This document shows positions 27,588-37,900 of a stretch of 64,000 nucleotides of DNA, one piece after another. The translations under genes were made by a program, and so were the position numbers. Each line of letters begins with the position of its first letter. Within the stretch, counting starts at the first letter, position 1. This stretch comes from an uncultured Desulfarculus sp. (GTDB lineage: Bacteria > Desulfobacterota > Desulfarculia > Desulfarculales > Desulfarculaceae): positions 160,001 through 224,000 of the forward strand of contig CAXXUK010000001.1 in NCBI GenBank assembly GCA_963665125.2. Reading direction: 5' to 3'. Under the pieces are notes generated by a model. That model was not told the DNA's origin. It did no database searches and saw nothing but the letters and a program-made list of their open reading frames with translations.

Positions 27588-30500
27588 CTAAGGACGGTTT
27601 GGCACGGAGTCTCCAGATCCCCTGGAATATTTCGGAGGGCGCTGTATGCCCAGCTTTTTCATTCTGAAGGCCAGCGTGGACGGGTTGATATCCAGTAATT
27701 CAGCCGCGCCCCCCGGCCCCCGGACCTTCCAATTCGTTTTTTGAAGGGTCACCAGAATGGTTCTTTTTTCGCTTTCCGCCAGGGTAGTATTTTGCTGGCC
27801 GTGCCCCTCGCCGGGGAAATTGCCGCCCAATTCAGGCACCCTGAAACGAGACGACATACTAAGGATGGCGCCTCGCTCAATTATGTTTTCCAATTCGCGG
27901 ACATTGCCCGGCCAGTGGTAATTCATCAATTTGTCCATTTCCGAATCAGTGATGCCCTTGAAGTCCCGGCCTATTTTTTGGCTGTAGATGCGCAGGAAAT
28001 AATTGGCCAATATGGCAACATCTTCCATCCTTTCCCGTAACGGGGGGACATATAGCGGGAAGACATTCAGGCGATAGTAAAGGTCCGCGCGGAAATTTTG
28101 GTTTGCGACCGCTTGTTCCAAATTGAGGTTGGTGGCGGCAACAAGGCGGAAATCGGGCCGCAGGGTTTCACGGCCGCCCACGCGTTCAAACTCGCCGCTT
28201 TGCAAAACCCTAAGAAGCCTGACTTGTACATCCAGGGGCAAGTCGCCGATTTCGTCGAGGAATATGGTGCCCCCGTCAGCCAATTCGAACCTGCCTATGC
28301 GCCGGCCTACCGCGCCGGTGAAGGCCCCTTTTTCGTGGCCGAACAGCTCGCTGGTGATCAAGGTTTCGGTCAAGGCGCTGCAGTTTGCCCGAATGAATGG
28401 TTTTGCGTGTCTTGGGCTGAGCTTGTGGATGGCCGAAGCCACCAATTCCTTGCCAACGCCTGTTTCCCCCAATATCAGCACGGTGGCGTCGGTTGTGGCC
28501 ACTTGCTCAACCTGGGCGAGCAGTTTTTTTATGGCCTGGCTTTCCCCGACAATGTTTTCAAAGTGCAGGCTCTTGAGGTGCTGCTCTTCGTAATAGAGTT
28601 TTTCCTCGGTCAATTTTTCGTTGAGACGCCGGATCTCTTGATACGCTTTGGCATTATCCAAGGCAAAGGCCGCTTGTGATGCAAAATAGTCCAGCAACTC
28701 AAGATCCGACTCCCGGAAAGCGCTGCTAAGCAGCCTGTTGTCGTGGTACAGGACGCCAACAACCTTGCTTCTCAGCAGCATGGGAACGCAAATGCGGGAC
28801 CGAATACTATCGTTCGGGACGTTTTCGTTTATGTTCCCGGAGCTGTTGCCCGATATTATCGGTTTTCCCGTAGCCGCGACTTTTTTGATCAATACCAGTG
28901 ACGACTCAAATTCGGGATCGTGGGTTTGTTCCTTGGTAAGGTTTTTTGATGCCCGCAGAACCGGTTCTTGGTGCTGATCTTGCTCGTCCAACAAAAATAT
29001 AGCCCCGCGTTCAGCGCCGGATAAACGGTTGACCGTGGAAATAATTTTTTGGACCAAATCCTTGTTCTCTCGAATAGTTACAATGTCTTGGCCCAGCTTG
29101 AGGATTTCCCGCAACTGGTCTTCACGGGAATGGGATACGTCGATAAGTGCACGAAGATCGTGAGGCACCATGGCTTCATTGAGCGACGACAGCACGTTTG
29201 AAGCCTGCATTGTGATGTGTTTGCCCTTGGCTTCGTCTCCAAGCATGAGATGCAGGCGGGCCAGTTCCAGGCGGGAACGGGCGGCCTCCACTTGGTGTCC
29301 GGCGTCTTCGAGCCATCGGACCGACTGTTCCAGGGAGTTCAATATTTTGTCGTTGGGTTGGCGTTCTCTTTTAAGCATCAAGGCCTCATAACGATGGCCT
29401 ATGCCCTTCATGTAGCTATGGTTGGCGCCAAGGATATGTTTGAGTTCTTTTTCAAAAGATACGCCTTCCACTCTCGGATATTTGCCCAGTTCCATGTCCC
29501 AAGCAAGGTTTAGGAGAAAAGGATGCTGGCGTACATAGACATTGCGGCGTTTGCTGCTGTGCACGAAGCTTCTTAGGTGTTTCAGAGATCGATCAACGTC
29601 TCCATTTAGGTAATAAGCCTGGGCCAAGCAGATGTCTCCCAGAACCTCCAACCAGTCATCGCGGTCAGTCTTTGTCACCTCCAGAGCCAGCTTGAAATAT
29701 GATAAAGCGTCTTCAAGGCGATTCATTTCCATCATTATGATGCCGATGGTCCCACCGGCATATGCCGCGCAAGACATGTCACCTATTTCCAAAGAACGTT
29801 TTCTGATGTTGTCGCCCATGCCCAGGCCTTGGGATACCTGGCCGACGTTGGCATAGCAAAGGGCCACGGTAACACCGGCTAAAAGGGGAAAGCTGGTGTT
29901 GGGATGGCGGTCAACCTCGCTGACCGATTTTTCGTAGTGGTGTACTGCCTCCCGGAATTTGCCTTGCCAGTATTGGAAAAAGCACCCGAAGGTGGAGGCG
30001 GAACGAATCAATTTGGGATCACCTATGTCCTCCGCCATTGTCCAACCGTCGCTGAATGTTTGCAGCGCCTGCTCGAAATTGCTATGCATCCATTGATGCT
30101 TTGCGAGATGCATTTTTATAAGAGCCTGGGCATTACGATCATTTCGCCGGCGCGCCCTGCCCATGGCCTGTAGCAAGGCCTGGTTTACGTTGGCGTTGTC
30201 CATGATTGATGTCGAAACTTTTGAGTAATTGATCGCGGTTTCTATAAAAAGGCTGTCCGCATGCTTTTCATCAGAGCATTCAATATCCTCAAGCACTTTG
30301 GCATAGCATCGTTGCGCCTGCTCCAGACGAAAATCCTTGAGATAAAGGTTGCCGGCCCTTAGCAGCCAACGGCAATTCTCTTCCTTGTTGGTTGTGTGCA
30401 GCAAATGGTGGGCAAGGGCCATGCATTTTTCAGGCCCTTCCGGCAAATCTCTGATCGTTAAATCAGCTATGGCGTTATGCAGTCTTTCCTTGGCTGTAAT

Positions 30501-30758
30501 GTCGAGTGTGTTTTGAAGCGCCGCCCTGTGTTCCTGGTTTGCGAAACGGTATTCTCCGGCACCTTTGGCGACCAGGGTCCCAGAGGATATAGCCGATTCC
30601 ATTTCACATAAAATGGCCGACGGTTTCATTTGGGTCAGTTCCATCAACCAGTCTATGGAAAACGCTTCGGGGAATAGTGATGCTACTTCCAAGGAACCAT
30701 AGTTCTTCCCAACGGTCGTGCCTTTTGGTTCCATCGGGCTCACCATGGACGCCTCCAT
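27588..30758 (-). CDS. Large sigma54-dependent activator (TPR-like, GAF, AAA+, HTH)
   Basis: GETGVGKE, ELFGHEKGAFTGA, FLDEIG, WPGNVRELEN, C-terminal HTH; long helical N-terminus and GAF (GVLYHDNR). Confidence 0.95.
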   Translation of the reverse strand: MEASMVSPMEPKGTTVGKNYGSLEVASLFPEAFSIDWLMELTQMKPSAILCEMESAISSGTLVAKGAGEYRFANQEHRAALQNTLDITAKERLHNAIADLTIRDLPEGPEKCMALAHHLLHTTNKEENCRWLLRAGNLYLKDFRLEQAQRCYAKVLEDIECSDEKHADSLFIETAINYSKVSTSIMDNANVNQALLQAMGRARRRNDRNAQALIKMHLAKHQWMHSNFEQALQTFSDGWTMAEDIGDPKLIRSASTFGCFFQYWQGKFREAVHHYEKSVSEVDRHPNTSFPLLAGVTVALCYANVGQVSQGLGMGDNIRKRSLEIGDMSCAAYAGGTIGIIMMEMNRLEDALSYFKLALEVTKTDRDDWLEVLGDICLAQAYYLNGDVDRSLKHLRSFVHSSKRRNVYVRQHPFLLNLAWDMELGKYPRVEGVSFEKELKHILGANHSYMKGIGHRYEALMLKRERQPNDKILNSLEQSVRWLEDAGHQVEAARSRLELARLHLMLGDEAKGKHITMQASNVLSSLNEAMVPHDLRALIDVSHSREDQLREILKLGQDIVTIRENKDLVQKIISTVNRLSGAERGAIFLLDEQDQHQEPVLRASKNLTKEQTHDPEFESSLVLIKKVAATGKPIISGNSSGNINENVPNDSIRSRICVPMLLRSKVVGVLYHDNRLLSSAFRESDLELLDYFASQAAFALDNAKAYQEIRRLNEKLTEEKLYYEEQHLKSLHFENIVGESQAIKKLLAQVEQVATTDATVLILGETGVGKELVASAIHKLSPRHAKPFIRANCSALTETLITSELFGHEKGAFTGAVGRRIGRFELADGGTIFLDEIGDLPLDVQVRLLRVLQSGEFERVGGRETLRPDFRLVAATNLNLEQAVANQNFRADLYYRLNVFPLYVPPLRERMEDVAILANYFLRIYSQKIGRDFKGITDSEMDKLMNYHWPGNVRELENIIERGAILSMSSRFRVPELGGNFPGEGHGQQNTTLAESEKRTILVTLQKTNWKVRGPGGAAELLDINPSTLAFRMKKLGIQRPPKYSRGSGDSVPNRP

Positions 30759-30987
30759 CAGGGATTCATTGGTTGCAAGGGGCGGTTGTTAAAACAGCTT
30801 TTTAGTAAGGCCCTTTGCCGTAAATGGCCACACTAAGCAAAATGCACAAATCGAACCAACCGCGACCTATGAGTTAAAGGCCAAAGCCTTTTTTGATTGA
30901 TGTAACGGTTGGTTAATAAAGCGCTTTTCCGACGACATCCCGCATGGCGAGATCAGCCGCCCTCCCAAGCGGAGCATTACGCTTAAT

Positions 30988-31028
30988 TTGCGCAATATAT
31001 TGTTGCCCATGCGCAACATATTACGCAA
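30988..31028. promoter_or_regulatory. Tandem UAS candidates (same motif as 20638)
   Basis: TTGCGCAATATATTG and ATGCGCAACATATTACGCAA. Confidence 0.65.
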
Positions 31029-31088
31029 GTTGCAAACCTAACTATTTTCAACGCACTGTTTTCAATGGTTATTTTCTCCTGATTGGAT

Positions 31089-31106
31089 ACGGCATTAGTC
31101 TTGCAA
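31089..31106 (+). promoter_or_regulatory. sigma54 (-24/-12) promoter
   Basis: ACGGCATTAGTCTTGCAA (GG-N10-GC) upstream of 31199. Confidence 0.7.
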
Positions 31107-31198
31107 AATCATGCCGCACCGATTGTTGGGAAATCCGTTGTCGTGGGGGCAATGGATGCCGAGTAGGGCAAGCAACACAATAAAGGCGCGGAGTAATC

Positions 31199-31630
31199 AT
31201 GAGCGACAAGAAGTTCAATTGGGAAGCGTTTCAACGACACCTACGTTATGACGACGAAGATTTGAAGGCGTTTCAAGGCGATGAAAAAAGGGTGGAAGCC
31301 GCCAAACGACTTTTCAGCAAAGACATTATGAAAAAAGAGTTGGTCATCGAGGTTGTTGAGTCCCATGGCTGCAGTTGCGGCCTCAAACCCGGTGACCAAC
31401 TCATTTTTAACGGCCTGGCGGTCCTCGATACGGGCAGGAGCTGTCCGAACTGGTGCGCCCACGCCATGGGGCCGGTGCCGATGTTGGCTACCTTGGCCCA
31501 GGACAGGTTCGTGTCTGGATTGGAGATCAACAACATGGTCTACGACCATTTCAGCTGCGGTGATGTCGGACCACGCCGCAACGGCTGGGGACAGGTCGTC
31601 ATGAAGGGGTACGTCCGCGACAAATCATAG
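31199..31630 (+). CDS. Small Cys-containing protein (TIGR04076-like)
   Basis: EVVESHGCSCGLKPGD...WCAHAM...SCGDVG pattern. Confidence 0.6.
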   Translation: MSDKKFNWEAFQRHLRYDDEDLKAFQGDEKRVEAAKRLFSKDIMKKELVIEVVESHGCSCGLKPGDQLIFNGLAVLDTGRSCPNWCAHAMGPVPMLATLAQDRFVSGLEINNMVYDHFSCGDVGPRRNGWGQVVMKGYVRDKS

Positions 31631-31687
31631 CGGAACAAACCACTTAGTAATCATCTGGTGTGCACTTTTAAGACCATGGAGGCATCA

Positions 31688-33040
31688 ATGGGCAGGGGAG
31701 TCGGCATCCACAATCAGGATCGATCAGCACCGGTGGCGATCACCCGGTGGCGGGACAAGGGCAACGCCGTTGCCGAGGCTTTGGATTTGTGCGGAGCACT
31801 GGATGGCTTCGATCCGGGCATGAGGGTGATCATCAAGCCCAACCTGGTGGAATGGATTACCAAATACGAATTTTCCCCTTACGGCATAGTGACCACGGCC
31901 GTGGTGATGGAGGCGCTGATTGCCTATCTCAAGGATGCCGGCGCCAAGGACATCACCATAGCGGAAGCCGCGCTGGAGAATAAGGAGTTCGGCTGCGGCA
32001 CCAAAACCGCCTTTGAAAAAATGAATTATGCCGCCTTGGCAGGGAAATACGGTGTGAAGCTCATGGACCTCAACGATGAGGAATTCGTCAAGGTCCCCCT
32101 GGGAGGCTTCTCCCTTTCGCTCTCCAAACCGATTCTTGAAGCTGATTTCCTCATTAACGTACCCGTACTGAAAACACATGAACAGACCAAAGTAACCCTG
32201 GGTTTTAAAAACAACAAGGGCTGTATCAATGCCAAGTCAAAATCAATTTGCCATCACCGAAAGCGGCCTTTGGATGCATTTGTTTCGCGCCTGGGGGCGA
32301 GGCTCTATCCACACCTTACGCTGATCGACGGCATCTATTCTCTGGAATACGGGCCCATGCATATGGGTGCCGCGCATAGGGAAAACCTGATCATAGCCAG
32401 CCGGGACATGTTGAACTGTGACACCGTGGGGTCCGCCTTGATGGGATTTGAGCCTTCCGATGTCTCTCATCTGCGGGAGTTTGCCGAGGAAAACGGCCGC
32501 ACTCAGGAGATGGACAAAATAGAAGTAAGGGGATTGGGTTTATCTGAAAATATCCACAAGATCAACCACATAGACCATAGCGACCCCTGGCACAAGGGGA
32601 GCGACATTCCCGGCTTTTTTGAAAAAGCGGGAGTCAAGGGCTTCCGCCTGCCTCACCCCGGCCAAACATTGTGCACCGGATGCTCGATGTTGTTCCCCGT
32701 ATCGGTGCTGTTGATCATCGCCGGGGCCGTGATGTCCGGTGGCGAACCATACGATGATTTTGAGTTGCTGGGGGGCAAGACGGTGACACCCTCCGGCCAT
32801 GCAAACAAGACATTCCTGCTTGGCGATTGCATCATCGCCGCAAACAGACAACAAGAGGGAATCAACCAAGCCGTGCCCATACCCGGTTGTCCGGCAAATC
32901 TCGAATCGCTGGTCGAGACAATGAACGCAAACGGCGTGATGGGCACGTTGGATGTCGTCAGTTACTACTTCCACAAAAAATTTAAAAGCTACGGCAAAAA
33001 GCCGGAACTGTATCAGATGGAGCATTTTTCCATTGCTTGA
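31688..33040 (+). CDS. DUF362-domain Fe-S protein
   Basis: VIIKPNL, INVPVLKTH, TLGFKN, LIDGI, C-terminal CTGC...C...GCP. Confidence 0.85.
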   Translation: MGRGVGIHNQDRSAPVAITRWRDKGNAVAEALDLCGALDGFDPGMRVIIKPNLVEWITKYEFSPYGIVTTAVVMEALIAYLKDAGAKDITIAEAALENKEFGCGTKTAFEKMNYAALAGKYGVKLMDLNDEEFVKVPLGGFSLSLSKPILEADFLINVPVLKTHEQTKVTLGFKNNKGCINAKSKSICHHRKRPLDAFVSRLGARLYPHLTLIDGIYSLEYGPMHMGAAHRENLIIASRDMLNCDTVGSALMGFEPSDVSHLREFAEENGRTQEMDKIEVRGLGLSENIHKINHIDHSDPWHKGSDIPGFFEKAGVKGFRLPHPGQTLCTGCSMLFPVSVLLIIAGAVMSGGEPYDDFELLGGKTVTPSGHANKTFLLGDCIIAANRQQEGINQAVPIPGCPANLESLVETMNANGVMGTLDVVSYYFHKKFKSYGKKPELYQMEHFSIA

Positions 33041-33084
33041 AAGTAATGGGCATGAATCCATGCCATGAATGGGAAGGTTAAAAA

Positions 33085-34686
33085 ATGATGGCAAAACCGG
33101 AACGCATGATGGACGCATTGGCATATAACGCCGCCAACAACCCCAACGATGTTGCCATTGTCTGCGGGGAAATGAACTACACCTGGGCCGAGTACGACAA
33201 ACTCACCGATACGGTGGCGGCAAACCTTTTAAGACGTGGCATCAAGCGTGGCGACAAGGTGGCGCTAAACGCTCCGAATATACCTGAATGGCTCATGACC
33301 TATTTGGCTTTGAGCAAAATAGGAGCCTGCGTGGTGGCGCTCAATGTCAGGTTCCGCCAACAGGAGTTGCAATACACCCTTAATCAGTCCGATTGCGTGG
33401 CCATGATTTCCATCGGCTTGATGAAATCTCCATATGGAGATTTCGACTTTGTGGAGTATCTGGGCGGTCTCAGGGGAAAATTTCCGGATGTTGCGCAATA
33501 CTTTTTCATTGGCGGCGTTGGAGATCACGGATTTCAGGGTGCCATTGACTTTACGGAGTTGCTTGAAGCGCCGTCAAAGGAAGACATGCAAACCCTGAAT
33601 GCGGCCAAGGGTGAGGTGACCGGCGGCGACCCCATGGTGATAATTTTTACCTCCGGCACCACCGGTAAACCCAAGGGCGCGGTGATAACGCAAAAGTCCC
33701 AGATAGAATGCGCCTATGCGGAAGCGGTGCACTTGAAGGCCGATTCGAACGATTCGATGGTGGTCGCCCAGCCGTTAAACCACGTAGCCGGAATAACCTG
33801 TGCCGTGGTGGCCCTTATGCTCAGCGGAGGCAAGGTTATTCTGCAACCGTTTTTTGTCCCCTTCCAACACATTGAATTGCTCAAACAGCATCAGCCGACC
33901 TTTTTTGGCGGCGTGACAACCATGATTGCCTATGTTTTCAAGGACAAAACCTTTACACGGGATGCCGTAAAGGGCGCCCGCCTTGCTCTTACGGGCGGCA
34001 GCAACGTCGAACCGGAACTTATGGAGCAAATGTTAGCCAATTTGCCCCAATGCAAAATGGTAAATCTTTACGGTCTGTCTGAATGCTCCGGCGGGGTGAT
34101 CATGAGCACTATGGATGATGATCGCGAACTGCTTCTGTCTTCGATCGGCAAACCATTGCCTGGGCATGAGGTAAAGATTGTGGATGGTGAAGGCAATTTC
34201 CTGCCGCCGGGAGAAATCGGAGAAATCGTCTTGACCGGCGGTTCGGTTGGCGCGGGCTACTACAACATGGCCGACGAGACGGCAAAAACTTTTTGTCCCT
34301 TTGGCCTTATGACCGGCGACATGGGTTATGTCGATCAAAAAGGCTATGTCTTTTTAAAAGGCAGAAAAAAGGAGATGTATATTCAGGGCGGCTACAACAT
34401 ATATCCGGCGGAGATCGAAAACGCCCTGACCAATCATCCGCAGGTGGTCATGGCGGCGGGAATTGGCGTTCCCCATGCGGAACTGGGAGAGGTCGGAAGA
34501 GTGTATGTCGTGCCCGTCCAGGGCTCAGGCATCGATCAGAACGCCCTGGTCGATTACCTCAAACAGCACATTGCAAATTACAAAATTCCCCGGCAGTTCG
34601 TTTTTGTCGATGATCTCCCCTTGACTCCGACCGGGAAGGTGGCCAAGGCGCAGATAAAGAGTGAATACCTCGCGGAACATGGCTAA
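33085..34686 (+). CDS. AMP-forming acyl-CoA synthetase
   Basis: FTSGTTGKPKG, YGLSE, TGDMG, PTGK. Confidence 0.93.
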   Translation: MMAKPERMMDALAYNAANNPNDVAIVCGEMNYTWAEYDKLTDTVAANLLRRGIKRGDKVALNAPNIPEWLMTYLALSKIGACVVALNVRFRQQELQYTLNQSDCVAMISIGLMKSPYGDFDFVEYLGGLRGKFPDVAQYFFIGGVGDHGFQGAIDFTELLEAPSKEDMQTLNAAKGEVTGGDPMVIIFTSGTTGKPKGAVITQKSQIECAYAEAVHLKADSNDSMVVAQPLNHVAGITCAVVALMLSGGKVILQPFFVPFQHIELLKQHQPTFFGGVTTMIAYVFKDKTFTRDAVKGARLALTGGSNVEPELMEQMLANLPQCKMVNLYGLSECSGGVIMSTMDDDRELLLSSIGKPLPGHEVKIVDGEGNFLPPGEIGEIVLTGGSVGAGYYNMADETAKTFCPFGLMTGDMGYVDQKGYVFLKGRKKEMYIQGGYNIYPAEIENALTNHPQVVMAAGIGVPHAELGEVGRVYVVPVQGSGIDQNALVDYLKQHIANYKIPRQFVFVDDLPLTPTGKVAKAQIKSEYLAEHG

Positions 34687-34764
34687 AAAGGCAGTGGAAG
34701 CCGGCCCATTAGCCGAGGATATTTGGCATTAGTTCAAGCCAAACAACACAAGCCAATGGTTTCG

Positions 34765-34795
34765 AAGGGTTACGTCGCAAGGCGTAATCCTTTTT
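34765..34795 (+). terminator. Intrinsic terminator
   Basis: AAGGGTTACGTC-GCAA-GGCGTAATCCTT followed by Ts. Confidence 0.65.
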
Positions 34796-35330
34796 GTCTG
34801 GATTCGCAGCTTGTTTTTATGTGTCCTAGTCACTAATTGCGTTGACAGTTTGGCCTTCCGCATCCAAACGGCCTTGCCCGCCACCAGTTCATTAAGCTGG
34901 TATGTCCTTGCAACCTCCGCTGGATAATCACTGTAATTGCCGCTTAACACCATGGCAAGCCAACCTTGACGACCAACCGCGGGGTCGATCACTCACCCCA
35001 ATCAACCCGGTTACGCACTTCTTGGCAAGGGTTGGATTGCCGTGAGGCCTCACCCTTTCCCCTGGCTTATAACTCCATTGTGGTGCCGTGAACTGACCAA
35101 TTGGATATGCATTGATTGACCGTGCATAAGTGAAAGGATTACTATGCCCCGAGAATGGTAAACAGGGCTTTCCGGCGTGATTTCGGTGGAAGAAGCCTCC
35201 AACGATCACAAATCTTAACGCCGGACGCCCATGCCGGAGCAAACATCATGCGCCGGACAGCACCAGTAAGCACAAACCAGAATACTTCGCGGCGCCAGCC
35301 GCATGATCTCGGGAAATGATGAGACGGGCC

Positions 35331-36545
35331 ATGGCCGATCAGCACCACACCCCGGCCGTCGTTGCCGAGAAGGCCTGCTCCTATGCCTGGGTGATCCTGT
35401 TCGCCATCTTCGTGGCCAGCGTCGCCGCGCCCATCAATCAGTTCAAGGTTCCGCCAGTAATGCCGGCCCTGATCTCCCAGTTTGATCTGAGCATGACCAG
35501 GGCCGGCCTCCTGATGTCGGTCTTCTCCTTTGCAGGCCTTTTGCTGGCCTTTCCCGCGGGCATGATCCTTTCGACTCTGGGGCAGAAAAAGACCTGCCTG
35601 CTGGCTCTGGGGGTCATCGTGGCCGGTTCGCTGTGGGGGGCCTTTGCCGCTGCCGACTGGGTGCTTTTAACGAGCCGGACCCTGGAAGGCGCGGGCATGG
35701 CCATCCTGGGCGTTAGCGCGCCGGTGGTTATCACCACCTGGTTCCCGCCGCGGCGGCGCGGCCTGGCCCTGGGTATATGGTCGGCCTGGGTGAGCACCGG
35801 CGTCATCGTGATGATGAACGCCTCGCCTCTGGTAACGCCAGCCGGACAATGGGTGCAGACCTGGTGGCTGGGCACCGGCGTGGCCGGGGTCGCCCTGTTG
35901 ACCTTCGCTGCGCTGCATCGAAACCCGCCGTTGAAAGAAGCCGCGACAGCGGGCGATGCGCCGTCGATGCGCTCGATGTTCGCCGAGATCCTGGCCAACC
36001 GCGACGTGTGGCTGTTATCCATCTCCCTGTTCTGCTTTAATATCATGGTGCTGGCCATGAATACCTTTTCCCCCACCTACCTGGCCAAGATCCACGGCCT
36101 GCCCATCAATACGGCCGATTTCTACTCCAGCATCGCCAACATGGTCATGCTGGTCTCCTGTCCCCTGGGCGGCTGGGTGGCCGACCGCACCGGCTCGCGC
36201 AAACGAATCTTCGCCTTTTGTCTGGCCCTGATCGCCGTTTGGTGGATGGTGGTCTTCCGGGCGCCGGTGGGGGCCATGCCTTGGCTGATGGCCGCCTTCG
36301 GCCTCTTGGGCGGCCCCATCATCACCACCATCATCACCGCCCTGTCCGAAGCGGTGAAACGGCCGGCGCTCCTGGGGTTCGGCATGTCCTTGCTGATGTT
36401 CTGGCACCACCTGGGCGAGTTCGTGGGCCCGGTGGTCTTTGGCGGCATTCTCGACATGACCTCCAGTTGGACCATGGCCGCCGCCGGCATGGTGCCGGTG
36501 TGCCTGGTGGGGGGGGTGGCCGGATGGTTGATGCGAATCAAGTGA
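35331..36545 (+). CDS. MFS transporter
   Basis: 12-TM pattern, GGWVADRTGSRK, WFPPRRRGLALG. Confidence 0.9.
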   Translation: MADQHHTPAVVAEKACSYAWVILFAIFVASVAAPINQFKVPPVMPALISQFDLSMTRAGLLMSVFSFAGLLLAFPAGMILSTLGQKKTCLLALGVIVAGSLWGAFAAADWVLLTSRTLEGAGMAILGVSAPVVITTWFPPRRRGLALGIWSAWVSTGVIVMMNASPLVTPAGQWVQTWWLGTGVAGVALLTFAALHRNPPLKEAATAGDAPSMRSMFAEILANRDVWLLSISLFCFNIMVLAMNTFSPTYLAKIHGLPINTADFYSSIANMVMLVSCPLGGWVADRTGSRKRIFAFCLALIAVWWMVVFRAPVGAMPWLMAAFGLLGGPIITTIITALSEAVKRPALLGFGMSLLMFWHHLGEFVGPVVFGGILDMTSSWTMAAAGMVPVCLVGGVAGWLMRIK

Positions 36546-36567
36546 CGGCGGACGGAAAGGACAGCGC

Positions 36568-37704
36568 ATGGAAGTGAGCAAGAGCCGGCAGGCGGACCGG
36601 CTGACCATAGCCCTCAGCGGCAGGCTCGACGCCGACAGCGCACCGGCCCTGGAGGCGGTCCTGGCCGGCGGCCTGGACGGCGTCAAGGAACTGGTATTGG
36701 ATTTGGCCGACCTGGCCTACCTCTCCAGCGCCGGTCTGCGGGAGATCCTGGTGGCCGGCAAGGCCATGGCCGCACGGGGCAGCATGCGCATTGTCGAGGC
36801 CTCCAAGGAGGTCATGGATATCTTCAGCGTCACCGGTTTCCTGAATATGTTCGACATCACCCCGGCCCTGAGGCAGATCTCCATCAAAGGGCTGCCCCTC
36901 ATCGGCCGCGGCGTCACCGGCGAATGCTATCGGGTGGACGACGAAACCCTGCTCAAACTCTATTTCGAGCATGTATCCCCGGACATGGCCCTCAGGGAAA
37001 AGGCCTTTGCCATGGCCGCCTTCATGGCCGGGGTGCCCACCGCCATCTCCTATGACGTGGTGGCCTGCGGCAAGCGCAAGGGCATCCTTTATGAAATGCT
37101 CAACGCCGAGACCCTATCCCAGGTCATGGTGGCCCGCCCGGAGCGGCTGGAGCACTACGTCAAGCTCTTCGCCGACACCTGCAAGGAGGTCCACGCCACC
37201 ACGGGCGATCCGACAGTGTTTCCCAGGATCAAAAAGACATGCCTGGCGGCGATAAAGACGGTTGACTTTCTCGACGACGCCCAGCGCGCGCCGTTGCTGG
37301 CCCGGGTGGAGGAGATTCCCGACCCCGGCACCTGCGTGCATGGTGACCTGCACACCAGCAACATCCTGATGCAGGGGGAGTCGCCCCTGCTGATCGACAT
37401 GGGCGACTTCTCCATCGGCCATCCCATGTTCGACGTGGCCCAGGTCTTCAACATCTTCCACAGCAGCCGCGAGACCGGCATCTCCGAGAGGGCCGTGGGC
37501 ATGCCGCCCGAGATGGCCTTTCGGGTCTGGGAGCTTTTCGAGGAATACTACTTCGGCGCGCATGACCAGGCCGACCGGCGGAAGGTTAGGGAAGAGGCCG
37601 CCTTCTTCGGCTCCCTGCGCATGTTCATGTTCTACGATGCCTTTGGCAAGGATCAGGGCATGAAGAAATGGATCATGGAGCGGTTCATGCCCCTGTTCGC
37701 CTGA
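36568..37704 (+). CDS. STAS (anti-sigma antagonist) domain fused to an APH/choline-kinase-like phosphotransferase
   Basis: LSGRLD...YLSSAGLR STAS motif; IGRG..GECY, HGDLHTSNIL and LIDMGD kinase motifs. Confidence 0.85.
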   Translation: MEVSKSRQADRLTIALSGRLDADSAPALEAVLAGGLDGVKELVLDLADLAYLSSAGLREILVAGKAMAARGSMRIVEASKEVMDIFSVTGFLNMFDITPALRQISIKGLPLIGRGVTGECYRVDDETLLKLYFEHVSPDMALREKAFAMAAFMAGVPTAISYDVVACGKRKGILYEMLNAETLSQVMVARPERLEHYVKLFADTCKEVHATTGDPTVFPRIKKTCLAAIKTVDFLDDAQRAPLLARVEEIPDPGTCVHGDLHTSNILMQGESPLLIDMGDFSIGHPMFDVAQVFNIFHSSRETGISERAVGMPPEMAFRVWELFEEYYFGAHDQADRRKVREEAAFFGSLRMFMFYDAFGKDQGMKKWIMERFMPLFA

Positions 37705-37900
37705 GAGGTGACGCCGTCTTGCCCCGCCGGTTCGGGGTTCGCGAGGGCTGGGGCTTGGGCCGCCTTTGATCCGAACCGGTTAAATGAACCAGTGCTTATT
37801 TTGGCCTTGGAGCCGGAATGAGACGCTTGCTGCCCATTGCCGCCTCCTTAATCCTTGATCCATTTCCAACAAAACAAGTGGATATGTTCATGGGGGCAGG

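Noticed and set aside
34729..35330. Short ORFs and an att-like relic (IHF-like site plus terminator similar in style to 12250-12296)
   Set aside because: No recognisable tRNA core or protein family; too degenerate to call
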